A stretch of DNA of 64,000 nt from an uncultured Alphaproteobacteria bacterium (GTDB lineage Bacteria > Pseudomonadota > Alphaproteobacteria > Rhizobiales > Xanthobacteraceae). Each line of letters begins with the position of its first letter. The first letter of the stretch is position 1. Positions 49,154 to 57,613 of the stretch are shown one piece after another. Both the position numbers and the translations under genes were made by a program. The notes below the pieces were generated by a model. That model had not been told where the DNA came from, made no database searches, and was given only the letters and a program-made list of their open reading frames with translations. The DNA lies in NCBI GenBank assembly GCA_963806815.1, contig CAWDZJ010000022.1, forward strand, positions 190,700 through 254,699, written 5' to 3'.

Positions 49154-50518
49154 TCACGGATTGAAGACGTGAGAATTTTGGCTGGTCTTCGGATAATAGA
49201 CCGGCCAGCATGCGCCGCGCCGGTCGGCCGCGATCCAGGGATGGCCCATATAGGTGGATTGCCGATAACGCTCGCCCGGTACCAAGGTGCGGTACAGCTT
49301 GTACTGGCCATTGAAATCAAGCCAGTACAGGTTGATCCGCCGGCCCGCGTTGTTCGTGAAATCGATGACCACTCGCCGGTTGCTTCTGGCTGATCGGATT
49401 GACCCTGGCGCAGGGCAGTTGCGCCCAAGCCGTTGCGGCAGCGGTGCGTTCTGCTGGAAGGAAAGCGGGGGAGCCGCTTGCGCGCGAGGGCGCGGCGGCG
49501 GAGCGAACTGCGGGGCTAGTGGCGGTAGCGCGAAACGCGGGGCAGGCGGAGGCGCCGCTTGTGCAACCGGGCGCTGCGGAGGTGGCCGCTGGCCGAGCGG
49601 CCATGTGCAGATTGATGCCCGGCGGTTTTCCCAGCAGGGACCATTACGCCGGAAGTCTTCGCCGATCAGCTCCTGCGCGTGTTGCCGCGGCGGATCGCTG
49701 TTCCATGACACACCCGCAGTGCCGTTGTTGAAAACGGTGACATAGGCAAAGTGCATTTCGCCGAAGATTTGGAACGAGCCGTCCCGATCGGTCTCGAGCT
49801 GGCAACGTCCGTCGACGTAATTGCGCCCGTCGATGGTCATCAGACAATCAGCTTGTCGCGCGGCTGGATGCGCGGCAGGCGGCGGCGGAGGAGGGGGCGC
49901 GGTTCGCATGGGCGGCTGAGGCGCCGGCGGACGCGCATGTCGCTGCGGCTGGGCCTGCGCGAGAAATTGTCGGCCGCATTCGAACAAACTCTTAAATGCC
50001 GCATTGCTGCCGGCAAGCGGGTATTGCCATTGAAGACGACCGGACGTGATGAACAGGGCTTTGCCGTTCGCGAGCGCATCCTCACTGCCCGTCCCGTCCT
50101 GGTGCTCCTCGATCCGGGCAAAGAAACCGTCGATAATTTGCGCGTTCGCTGACAGCGCGATGTCTTCTTGCTGCTTGTTTTGCGGATTGAAAAACGCGCG
50201 TTCGTCGATCCAGTACTTCACCGGAAAGCGGTCGCCGAGTGTGCCCGAACGGTCGCCGACGAATTCGATTGCCAATAACCCTTTATTGCCTCCCTGCGGC
50301 CAGCCGAACAGGAAACGCACCGCGTTTTCGGTCCCGAAGCTTTTCCAGGCGACACAGTACGGAAAATTGCCGCGCGCCGGATCGGGACTAAAGCTCTCGA
50401 CCTTCCAGTCTCCGTGGGTGGCATAAGGTTGTCCCTGCTGCGCCGCGGCTCGATCGGTGGCGCCGAGTGCTAACGCGGCGAGGGCCGCAAGAGCGGGACC
50501 TGTGACGGACTTCAGCAT
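49154..50518 (-). CDS. Secreted multidomain protein with proline-rich linkers and a C-terminal VHL beta-domain-like module
   Basis: Signal peptide MLKSVTGPALAALAALALGATDRAAA. Two Pro-rich linkers. The C-terminal 62 aa align without gaps to human pVHL residues 63-124 (see finding). Confidence 0.7.
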   Translation of the reverse strand: MLKSVTGPALAALAALALGATDRAAAQQGQPYATHGDWKVESFSPDPARGNFPYCVAWKSFGTENAVRFLFGWPQGGNKGLLAIEFVGDRSGTLGDRFPVKYWIDERAFFNPQNKQQEDIALSANAQIIDGFFARIEEHQDGTGSEDALANGKALFITSGRLQWQYPLAGSNAAFKSLFECGRQFLAQAQPQRHARPPAPQPPMRTAPPPPPPPAAHPAARQADCLMTIDGRNYVDGRCQLETDRDGSFQIFGEMHFAYVTVFNNGTAGVSWNSDPPRQHAQELIGEDFRRNGPCWENRRASICTWPLGQRPPPQRPVAQAAPPPAPRFALPPLAPQFAPPPRPRAQAAPPLSFQQNAPLPQRLGRNCPAPGSIRSARSNRRVVIDFTNNAGRRINLYWLDFNGQYKLYRTLVPGERYRQSTYMGHPWIAADRRGACWPVYYPKTSQNSHVFNP

Positions 50519-50841
50519 CGGTGCCCCATTACTAGTGAAACCAAAAATATCCCCCAATCGATGGTATTTTGGTAACGACCAGCGGTAACAGGGTCAAGAC
50601 AGAAGCACCTTTGCAACGGCGTGCGCTTCGCAGCATCGTCCGTGGATATCGCCCGTAGCGGACGGTCTCGTAGCCCGTCCGTGGGCAAGGGCATGGCGGC
50701 TTCTGCTTCCGGCAGGAGTGTCATTGCGGCCGAGCCGTCGCCAACCGCTCGTTCGAAGACCCGGTCCCGCTGTTTATCGCCACAACGATAATACGGCGCG
50801 CACGTTCAAACGACGTCCAAACCGGATTTACGAGCGGTCCG

Positions 50842-51008
50842 TTAGTGTCCCGAATCCGAAGTTCGTCACACTATTCAGCCTGCTCCGTACGAACTTCGGA
50901 TTCGAAAAGGACACTAGGAAGTTTATGAATTTAGTGTGGTTTTGGATTTGAAATACGTTTGAGGGCCTGCCGCAAATTATGTAACGAATTTCAAATCCAC
51001 CACACTAG
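50842..51008 (-). repeat. Family C composite hairpin repeat, copy 2 (inverted relative to copy 1)
   Basis: The reverse complement reads CTAGTGTGGTGGATTTGAAATTCGTT..ACGTATTTCAAATCCAAAACCACACTAAATTCATAAACTTCCTAGTGTCC..CGAACTTCGGATTCGGGACACTAA. It ends 10 nt from the tRNA 3' end. Confidence 0.88.
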
Positions 51009-51018
51009 GTTTTGGAAC

Positions 51019-51095
51019 TGGCGCGCCCGACACAATTCGAACGTGTGACCTTTGCCTTCGGAGGGCAACGCTCTATCCAGCTGAGCTACGGGCGC
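51019..51095 (-). tRNA. tRNA-Arg (anticodon CCG)
   Basis: The reverse complement GCGCCCGTAGCTCAGCTGGATAGAGCGTTGCCCTCCGAAGGCAAAGGTCACACGTTCGAATTGTGTCGGGCGCGCCA folds as a cloverleaf: 7-bp acceptor stem, anticodon loop CTCCGAA, TTCGAAT T-loop and encoded CCA. Confidence 0.93.
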
Positions 51096-51354
51096 GTGCA
51101 GGGACCTCCTTAGCCGAATGACGCGCAAGCGGCAACGGGTGCCGGATCCGGCGCGTGGGCGCTGCGCTGTCGGTCTGCAGTCCCCGATGAACCTGACAAT
51201 TCATCGATAGGCGCCAGGCCGATCGCCGGATGGCACCAAAACTGCAAGCCTGTCATGGCGCAGCGCGCTTGCTGCTGAGCACCCTTGCCGGTGAGCGGGC
51301 GGGTCTATAATGACGATCCTTAAATCCGGTCCGAGGACGGCAAGGGAGCACGCC

Positions 51355-52572
51355 ATGTCGCAGGCACACGATAACGTCACGGCCAGGCCGCCGGCCGGGG
51401 TGACCGAGGCGTTCAACTGGGAAGACCCGCTCGATCTGGAGAGCGAGTTGACCGAGGAAGAGCGCATGGTGCGTGCGACCGCGCACGGCTATGCCCAGGA
51501 CCGGCTGTTTCCACGGATACTCACAGCCTATCGCGAGGAACAGGTCGATCGCAGTTTGCTGCCGGAGATGGGCGAACTGGGGCTCCTCGGCCCCACCATT
51601 CCGGAGGAATATGGCGGCGCCGGCCTCGGTTACGTTTCCTACGGGCTGATCGCGCGCGAAATCGAGCGGGTCGATTCCGGCTATCGCTCCGCCCTGTCGG
51701 TGCAGTCCTCGCTGGTCATGCACCCGATCTATGCCTACGGCAGCGAGGCCCAGAAGCGGAAATACCTGCCCAAGCTCGCCAAGGGCGAGTTGGTCGGTTG
51801 TTTCGGCTTGACCGAACCTGACTTTGGCTCCGACCCGGGCGGGATGGCGACCCGCGCCGAAAAGGTCACCTGCGGCTATGCGCTGACCGGCAACAAGATG
51901 TGGATCTCCAACGCGCCGATTGCCGATCTGGCGATTGTCTGGGCCAAGCTCGATGGCAAGATCCGTGGCTTTATCGTCGAGCGCGGGACCAAGGGTTTCG
52001 AGACCCCGAAGATCGAAGGCAAGCTGTCGTTGCGGGCCTCCGTCACCGGCGAGATCGTGCTCGATGGCGCCATCGTGCCCGAGGAGAACTTGCTGCCGAA
52101 TGTCGCCGGCTTGGCCGGACCGTTCGGCTGCCTCAACGTGGCGCGCTACGGCATTGTCTGGGGTGTCATGGGCGCGGCCGAATTCTGCTGGCACCGCGCG
52201 CGGCAATATGTGCTCGATCGCAAGCAGTTCAACCGGCCGCTTGCCGCCAATCAATTGGTGCAGAAGAAGCTCGCCGACATGCAGACCGAGATCACGCTCG
52301 GCCTGCATAGCGCCCTACGCCTTGGTCGTCTGATCGAGCAGGGCCGGGCGGCACCGCCGGCGATTTCGCTGATGAAGCGCAACAATTGCGGCAAGGCGCT
52401 CGACATCGCGCGTGTTGCCCGCGACATGCATGGCGGCAACGGCATCGCCGACGAGTTTCACGTCATGCGCGTGATGGCGAACCTCGAAACGGTCAACACC
52501 TACGAGGGAACCCATGATATCCACGCACTCATTCTCGGGCGCGCGCAGACCGGTATCCAGGCATTCTGCTGA
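51355..52572 (+). CDS. gcdH: Glutaryl-CoA dehydrogenase (acyl-CoA dehydrogenase family)
   Basis: 405 aa. [22 protein letters not shown]-terminus and blocks [17 protein letters not shown] and [14 protein letters not shown], typical of GcdH. RBS AAGGGAG. Confidence 0.9.
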   Translation: MSQAHDNVTARPPAGVTEAFNWEDPLDLESELTEEERMVRATAHGYAQDRLFPRILTAYREEQVDRSLLPEMGELGLLGPTIPEEYGGAGLGYVSYGLIAREIERVDSGYRSALSVQSSLVMHPIYAYGSEAQKRKYLPKLAKGELVGCFGLTEPDFGSDPGGMATRAEKVTCGYALTGNKMWISNAPIADLAIVWAKLDGKIRGFIVERGTKGFETPKIEGKLSLRASVTGEIVLDGAIVPEENLLPNVAGLAGPFGCLNVARYGIVWGVMGAAEFCWHRARQYVLDRKQFNRPLAANQLVQKKLADMQTEITLGLHSALRLGRLIEQGRAAPPAISLMKRNNCGKALDIARVARDMHGGNGIADEFHVMRVMANLETVNTYEGTHDIHALILGRAQTGIQAFC

Positions 52573-52596
52573 TCCCATCGAGCGAATGCCATTCGC

Positions 52597-53370
52597 ATGG
52601 ATCTGATCACGGCGCTCATGCTGCTCGGCGCGGGCTTTTTCGGCGGCATGCTGTCGACTGTCGTAGGCGGCGCGGCCTTGCTCACATTCCCGGCGCTTCT
52701 GGCGGTCGGGCTGCCGCCGGCCAACGCCATTGCCTCTAATCTCACGGCTTTGGTGCCGGCAAATTTCTTGGCGGCGGTTGACGACCGCACCGTTCTGCCG
52801 CCATTTGATGCCCGCTTCATCGGCACGATCCTGGCCTCGGTGGCGGCAGCCGGGGTCGGGGCGGTGCTGCTGCTGGCGACGCCGGAGCGGCTGTTCACGG
52901 TGCTGGTGCCGCTCCTGCTCGGCTTTGCGACGCTGCTCTTTGGCTATGGCGGCAAGATCAGTGACTGGCTGCGCGCCCGCGTCATTGCCCGCGGCGGCAG
53001 TGAGGCCGACGCCGGCAGAACCAAACTCGGGTTCTTGCTCCCGGTCTCGTTCTATGGCGGATATTTCGGTGCCGGCGTCGGCGTTCTGCTGATTGCGGTC
53101 CTCTCGCTCGGAACGCGCGGCGACTATCGCTCGGCCAATGCCACCAAGAATCTGGTCACAAGTCTCAACAGTCTGGCGGCGGCCATCTATTTTTCCGTAG
53201 CCGGCGCTGTCGTGTGGAAATTCACCCTGGTCATGCTGGCTGGTACCTTGAGCGGCGGATGGATCGGCGCGCGCATTGCACGCATCGCGCCACGCGAGGT
53301 CATGCGCTATTTGGTCATTGCCATCGGACTGCTGCTGACGGCGACGACCGCGATGCGCTACTGGTTTTGA
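52597..53370 (+). CDS. TauE/SafE (DUF81) family anion exporter membrane protein
   Basis: 257 aa with 7-8 helices and an internal repeat with GGxxGG-like motifs (GAGFFGGMLSTVVGGAALLTFP; FYGGYFGAGVGVLLI). Confidence 0.82.
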   Translation: MDLITALMLLGAGFFGGMLSTVVGGAALLTFPALLAVGLPPANAIASNLTALVPANFLAAVDDRTVLPPFDARFIGTILASVAAAGVGAVLLLATPERLFTVLVPLLLGFATLLFGYGGKISDWLRARVIARGGSEADAGRTKLGFLLPVSFYGGYFGAGVGVLLIAVLSLGTRGDYRSANATKNLVTSLNSLAAAIYFSVAGAVVWKFTLVMLAGTLSGGWIGARIARIAPREVMRYLVIAIGLLLTATTAMRYWF

Positions 53371-53394
53371 GCCGCGCTCGAGAAAGCCGCGCGA

Positions 53395-54237
53395 TCAGTT
53401 CTGGCGGCAAAGCTCGGATATTCGTTGGACAATGACACTCTGCGGATCCGCGAGCGCTGCGATGACGGTGAAATGGTTGAGGCCGGCGGGCTCTTCGCAA
53501 TGGGTTAGGACGCCGGCCTTGCCCCATTGCTCGACAATGGTCCGGCTCTGCCGCAGGAATTCATTTGATTCTGCGCCACCGACCACGGCGTCGAACACGC
53601 GGCCTGTCGGCGGCGGCCAATAAAGCGGCGACAATTCGCGTGCGCTCTCGGCGTCAAGCCTGAAGTCCTCGTTCATGCTGATGCCGACCAATGGCAGGAG
53701 GTCAAACAAGCCGGAAAACGCACATGCCGCCGGCACCAGGTCGGCCGGCGCGTCCGTGGCGACCACTTTCCACTCGGTCGCCAACATGCAGGCCGACAGA
53801 TGCCCGCCGGCCGAATGGCCATAGACCGTCACCCGCCGGCCGAATCGGCGCCATAGGTAAAGACAGGCACGCCGCATTTGACCGATGATCTCAGCGATCG
53901 TGACCTGTGGACAAAGATCGTAGCCCGCGACCGCGACGGCGATGCCGTTGCCGTTGAGACCACGCGCCATGTGGCTGAATGTCGTTGGCTCTAGTGAGCG
54001 CCAATAGCCGCCGTGAATGAACAGGGCGAGCGGTGCAGCACCACCCTCCCGCGGCATGAACAGATCGATGGTCTGGCGTTTCGTCGGGCCGTAGCTGATG
54101 CCGAGCTCGGCGCGGCCATCCTCCAATGCTGCGGCACGGAATGCAGCGGCATCTAGGGGCCATTGCGCCGCAATGACGGGATGCTCGACGACGCGCCCGC
54201 GCGTATTGTATTCGGATTCGTAGTCGATCGCCGTCAT
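53395..54237 (-). CDS. Alpha/beta hydrolase (arylformamidase/esterase-like)
   Basis: Oxyanion-hole block FIHGGYW and nucleophile elbow GHSAGG. About 280 aa. Start at the internal ATG MTAIDYESEYN. Confidence 0.8.
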   Translation of the reverse strand: MTAIDYESEYNTRGRVVEHPVIAAQWPLDAAAFRAAALEDGRAELGISYGPTKRQTIDLFMPREGGAAPLALFIHGGYWRSLEPTTFSHMARGLNGNGIAVAVAGYDLCPQVTIAEIIGQMRRACLYLWRRFGRRVTVYGHSAGGHLSACMLATEWKVVATDAPADLVPAACAFSGLFDLLPLVGISMNEDFRLDAESARELSPLYWPPPTGRVFDAVVGGAESNEFLRQSRTIVEQWGKAGVLTHCEEPAGLNHFTVIAALADPQSVIVQRISELCRQN

Positions 54238-54326
54238 GGTTGTGGTCCATGGCTTAGGAAGACGCGCCTCGTGCGAGCGCTTGGAGGGTGCACAAGATTG
54301 CTGCAAGGAAGGGTAGGGAGCAAGGT

Positions 54327-54356
54327 CCCTCTCCCCGCGCGGGGGCGGGGAGAGGG
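54327..54356. repeat. Family D-type GC-rich hairpin
   Basis: CCCTCTCCCCGC GCGGGG GCGGGGAGAGGG, a 12-bp perfect stem. Confidence 0.8.
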
Positions 54357-54891
54357 TGGCGCGCATCGAACACGACAGGCGTGGTACGCAGCCTGGGTCA
54401 GGACACTGTGTCCGATGCGAACCGGGTGAAGGGCGCCTATGCGGGCGCTGGGCCCACGAAGCCCCTCACCCGGGGCGCAAGCCGGGGCGTTCAATTTGTG
54501 AGAGAAAAACAGGCGCAATAATCCCGCCGGGCGAAATCGCCCGTGCCGCCGCTCTGATCATGCAAGTCCCCCAATTGAACAGTTCCCAAGCGGGAACAGT
54601 CCCCACGACACCATGGTTAACGAAATTCGCGTCCACTCCGTGCCGGAATTGCGGCCGTCGATAGGCGGATTCGCGGAAAATTTCGTACGCGGTTGTGGGG
54701 GCGGCCTCACGCGACGCCTTCAATTCAACGTGTCGCGCCCCCGCAATATCCCTTTGCGATAACACCACGTTTGGGAAATGTTTCCAGGGCTCGGGCGCAA
54801 GGCATCAACAAAATCAACGAAATCCGATAATGACCCAATGTTCGCGGATGGAATCCTGTTTTAGAATTTGATGGCTACGGCAGGGCAAGAC

Positions 54892-56034
54892 ATGAAAATC
54901 GACGGCAAGGATACCCGCACGATCTGGCTTGAAACGGACGGCTGGTCGGTCGGCATCATCGACCAGACAATGTTGCCGCATCGCTTTGTCATGGTCAGTT
55001 TGCGGACACTGGATGGTGCCGTCCATGCCATCGCCGGCATGCAGGTGCGCGGCGCGCCGCTGATCGGTGCTGCAGCGGCCTATGGCATGTGCTTGGCGTT
55101 GCGCGCGGATGCTTCTGATGCCGCGATTGAAACTGCGTATGCAGCGCTGCTCGCGGCGCGCCCGACCGCCATCAATCTGAAATGGGCACTTGATGAAATC
55201 GTCACTGTTGTTCGCGGCCGGCCGCGTGAGGACCGCGTCGCGGCGGCCTACCGCCGCGCGGCCGAGATTGCGGATGAGGACGTCGCCATCAACAAGGCCA
55301 TGGGCCGGCACGGACTGGCGCTGATTGAAGCAATCGCGGCCCGCAAGCCTAGCGGCGTGCCGGTCAACGTGCTGACCCATTGCAATGCCGGCTTTCTCGC
55401 GACCGTCGATTGGGGCACAGCCACCGCGCCGATCTATACGGCATTCCAACATGGTCTCAACATCCACGTTTTTGTTGACGAAACCCGCCCGCGCAATCAG
55501 GGCGCCGCGCTGACGGCATGGGAGCTTGGCAAGCACGGCGTGCCGCATACGGTTATTCCGGATAATACCGGCGGCCATCTGATGCAGCATGGCATGGTCG
55601 ATCTGGTGCTGGTCGGAACCGACCGGGTCACCGCCAATGGCGATGTCTGCAACAAGATCGGCACCTATCTGAAGGCGCTCGCGGCATTCGACAACAACGT
55701 GCCGTTTTACGTCGCATTGCCGTCGCCGACGATCGACTTTGCCGTCGCCGACGGCGTGAGCGAAATCCCGATCGAACAGCGCGCACCCGAGGAGGTTGCC
55801 ACCATCACCGGAAAGGCAGCCGACGGGCGGATCGAGACGGTGCAACTCGTGCCGGACGGCTCGCCGGTCGCGAACTATGCCTTCGATGTCACGCCGGCGC
55901 GGCTAGTGACCGGGTTGATTACCGAGCGGGGAATCATCGATGCAAGCCGCGAGGCGCTCGCCGCCGCGTTTCCCGAGCGCGCACCGGTGGCCGAAACCGT
56001 GCCCGCGCAGGCAAGTCGCAAGTTGGCTCGCTAG
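54892..56034 (+). CDS. mtnA: S-methyl-5-thioribose-1-phosphate isomerase
   Basis: eIF-2B alpha/beta/delta-like family. Blocks IIDQTMLPH, MQVRGAPLIGAAAAYG, THCNAG.LAT and GTDRV.ANGDV.NKIGTY. Start could be 54868 or 54892. Confidence 0.9.
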   Translation: MKIDGKDTRTIWLETDGWSVGIIDQTMLPHRFVMVSLRTLDGAVHAIAGMQVRGAPLIGAAAAYGMCLALRADASDAAIETAYAALLAARPTAINLKWALDEIVTVVRGRPREDRVAAAYRRAAEIADEDVAINKAMGRHGLALIEAIAARKPSGVPVNVLTHCNAGFLATVDWGTATAPIYTAFQHGLNIHVFVDETRPRNQGAALTAWELGKHGVPHTVIPDNTGGHLMQHGMVDLVLVGTDRVTANGDVCNKIGTYLKALAAFDNNVPFYVALPSPTIDFAVADGVSEIPIEQRAPEEVATITGKAADGRIETVQLVPDGSPVANYAFDVTPARLVTGLITERGIIDASREALAAAFPERAPVAETVPAQASRKLAR

Positions 56035-56298
56035 TGGAGTGGATTTGACATTCGCTTTGCTGACCTGCTGCCAGGAGGGTAGCGAATGTCAAATCCAAAA
56101 CTCCACTAGAAACATATATTTGCTAGTGGTCCGTCAATTCTAACATTCGCAAATGCGTCGGCTGAAACGGGATGCGAATGTTAGAATCGGATCACTAGAG
56201 TATGATCAGAAAAAGTTGCAGACTTTTCCGATAAGATTATACGACAAACCAAGATATTAGATGGGCACTGGATTCATTCTGCCTGAATTGCACTCTAG
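56031..56298. repeat. Array of four CTAG-delimited hairpin modules (two family C-like, one linker, one family A)
   Basis: CTAG occurs at 56031, 56106, 56123, 56195 and 56295. Modules are 56031..56109, 56106..56126, 56123..56198 and 56195..56298, and the three long ones are inverted repeats. Confidence 0.88.
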
Positions 56299-56318
56299 CG
56301 CCGCGCGCGCTGACTACA

Positions 56319-56831
56319 ATGATCGCCGAGAACGAGTCGTTCGCAACAATGCTGCCGTCCAAACCGATATCGCTTCCGATTGACCGGAGGCAGTCCGCAA
56401 CCGCGCTGATGGTCGCGCGCGGCACGTCGCGGCTGCTGCACGCCCATGGCTTTTCCGTTGTCAGTGAATTGCCGTTGGCATCCGGCCGCCGTGCCGATCT
56501 CGTGGCGCTCGACCGCAACGGCGATATCTGGATTGTCGAAATCAAATCATCGGTGGCGGATTTTCGCGCCGACCAGAAATGGGTGGATTACCGGCTGCAT
56601 TGCGACCGGTTATTCTTCGCCACCACGCTCGATGTGCCAGGTGAGATATTCCCCGCCGACGCCGGACTGATAGTTGCTGACGCGTTCGGCGCTTCAATCG
56701 TGTCCGAGGCCCCGCATCACCGACTGCACGCATCGACGCGCAAAAGCATGATGTTGGCGTTCGCCCGCGCGGCCGCGCTTCGATTGCAGGCGTTGGCCGA
56801 TCCGGAAGGGCCTTACGGCGTGGAGTTTTAG
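56319..56831 (+). CDS. mmcB: MmcB-family DNA repair protein (PD-(D/E)XK nuclease fold)
   Basis: 170 aa with core GRRADLVALDRNGDIWIVEIKSSVADFRADQKW..Y...CDRLFFA, matching the MmcB family (D...E.K nuclease motif). Confidence 0.78.
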   Translation: MIAENESFATMLPSKPISLPIDRRQSATALMVARGTSRLLHAHGFSVVSELPLASGRRADLVALDRNGDIWIVEIKSSVADFRADQKWVDYRLHCDRLFFATTLDVPGEIFPADAGLIVADAFGASIVSEAPHHRLHASTRKSMMLAFARAAALRLQALADPEGPYGVEF

Positions 56832-56862
56832 ACCAACCCAGACGTCTTGGATCGGAAATCGA

Positions 56863-57414
56863 TCAGCGCGGTGCGCGCTTTGCCAGGATGCGCTGCAAGG
56901 TGCGGCGATGCATGTTCAGGCGACGCGCCGTTTCCGAGACGTTGCGGCCGCACAATTCGTAAATGCGTTGAATGTGTTCCCAGCGTACCCGGTCCGCCGA
57001 CATCGGGTTTTCCGGCGGATCGACGTTCTTGATTCGCCGGCAAGCAGCGCAGCGACTACATCGTCGGCGTCGGCCGGCTTGGCGAGATAGTCGACCGCGC
57101 CGAACTTTACCGCGTTGACGGCGGTGGCGATGTTGCCGTAGCCCGTCAGCATGATCCGCGCGCTTCCGGCCGCCGCTTCTTCAGCGCGGAAATCACATCG
57201 AGGCCGTTGCCGTCGCCTAACCGCATATCGACGACGGCGAAGGCAGGGCTGACTGTTCGACTTGCATGAGACCGTCGGCGACCGATTCCGCGGTCGCAAC
57301 GGTAAAGCCACGGCTTTCCATGGCCCGCGCCAAACGTTGCACGAACAAGCGGTCATCTTCGACAATGAGCAGAGACCGGTCCGCCGATGCGGGGTGGGCG
57401 GCAAGATCAGTCAT
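56863..57414 (-). pseudogene. regA: Redox response regulator RegA/ActR/PrrA-type gene with three frameshifts
   Basis: Read across three frames: MTDLAAHPASADRSLLIVEDDRLFVQRLARAMESRGFTVATAESVADGLMQVEQS / PAFAVVDMRLGDGNGLDVISALKKRRPEAR / IMLTGYGNIATAVNAVKFGAVDYLAKPADADDVVAALLAGE / NVDPPENPMSADRVRWEHIQRIYELCGRNVSETARRLNMHRRTLQRILAKRAPR*. Confidence 0.85.
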
Positions 57415-57613
57415 GGTTTTATCCTCCGAAACGGCTTGCTGTTTTGAGCCTTTACGCAGGGGTGCCCAATACATCGGCCAAACGCGCGCCTATTACTTCT
57501 CGTTAGGACGATCGGATCACAATAGACGATTGGTAGGCCATGGTCATATAGTGCAAAATATTCGAATTGCAAAACTATAACAAAATAAATCGACCGGCCT
57601 CTATTAAATATTC

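Noticed and set aside
42883-51095. Integrase-mediated genomic island at tRNA-Arg
   Set aside because: There is no integrase, excisionase or direct repeat of the tRNA 3' end. The flanking repeats are inverted rather than direct and belong to a dispersed family. Only the weaker invertible or bracketed-segment observation is kept.
54238-54891. SAM-type riboswitch in the 650-bp leader upstream of mtnA
   Set aside because: I could not recognise SAM-II or SAM-SAH consensus features by eye. The region mostly contains a family D hairpin and small stem-loops. A covariance-model scan (Rfam) would be needed.
56031-56298. CRISPR array
   Set aside because: The modules are different sequences, each internally palindromic and abutting directly with no unique spacers. 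There is no constant repeat length and no cas genes in the window.
56330-56342. GAACGAGTCGTTC near the mmcB start as a LexA box
   Set aside because: It is an inverted repeat with 5-nt spacing rather than the GAAC-N7-GAAC / GTTC-N7-GTTC direct repeat used by alphaproteobacterial LexA. It also lies inside the coding sequence.
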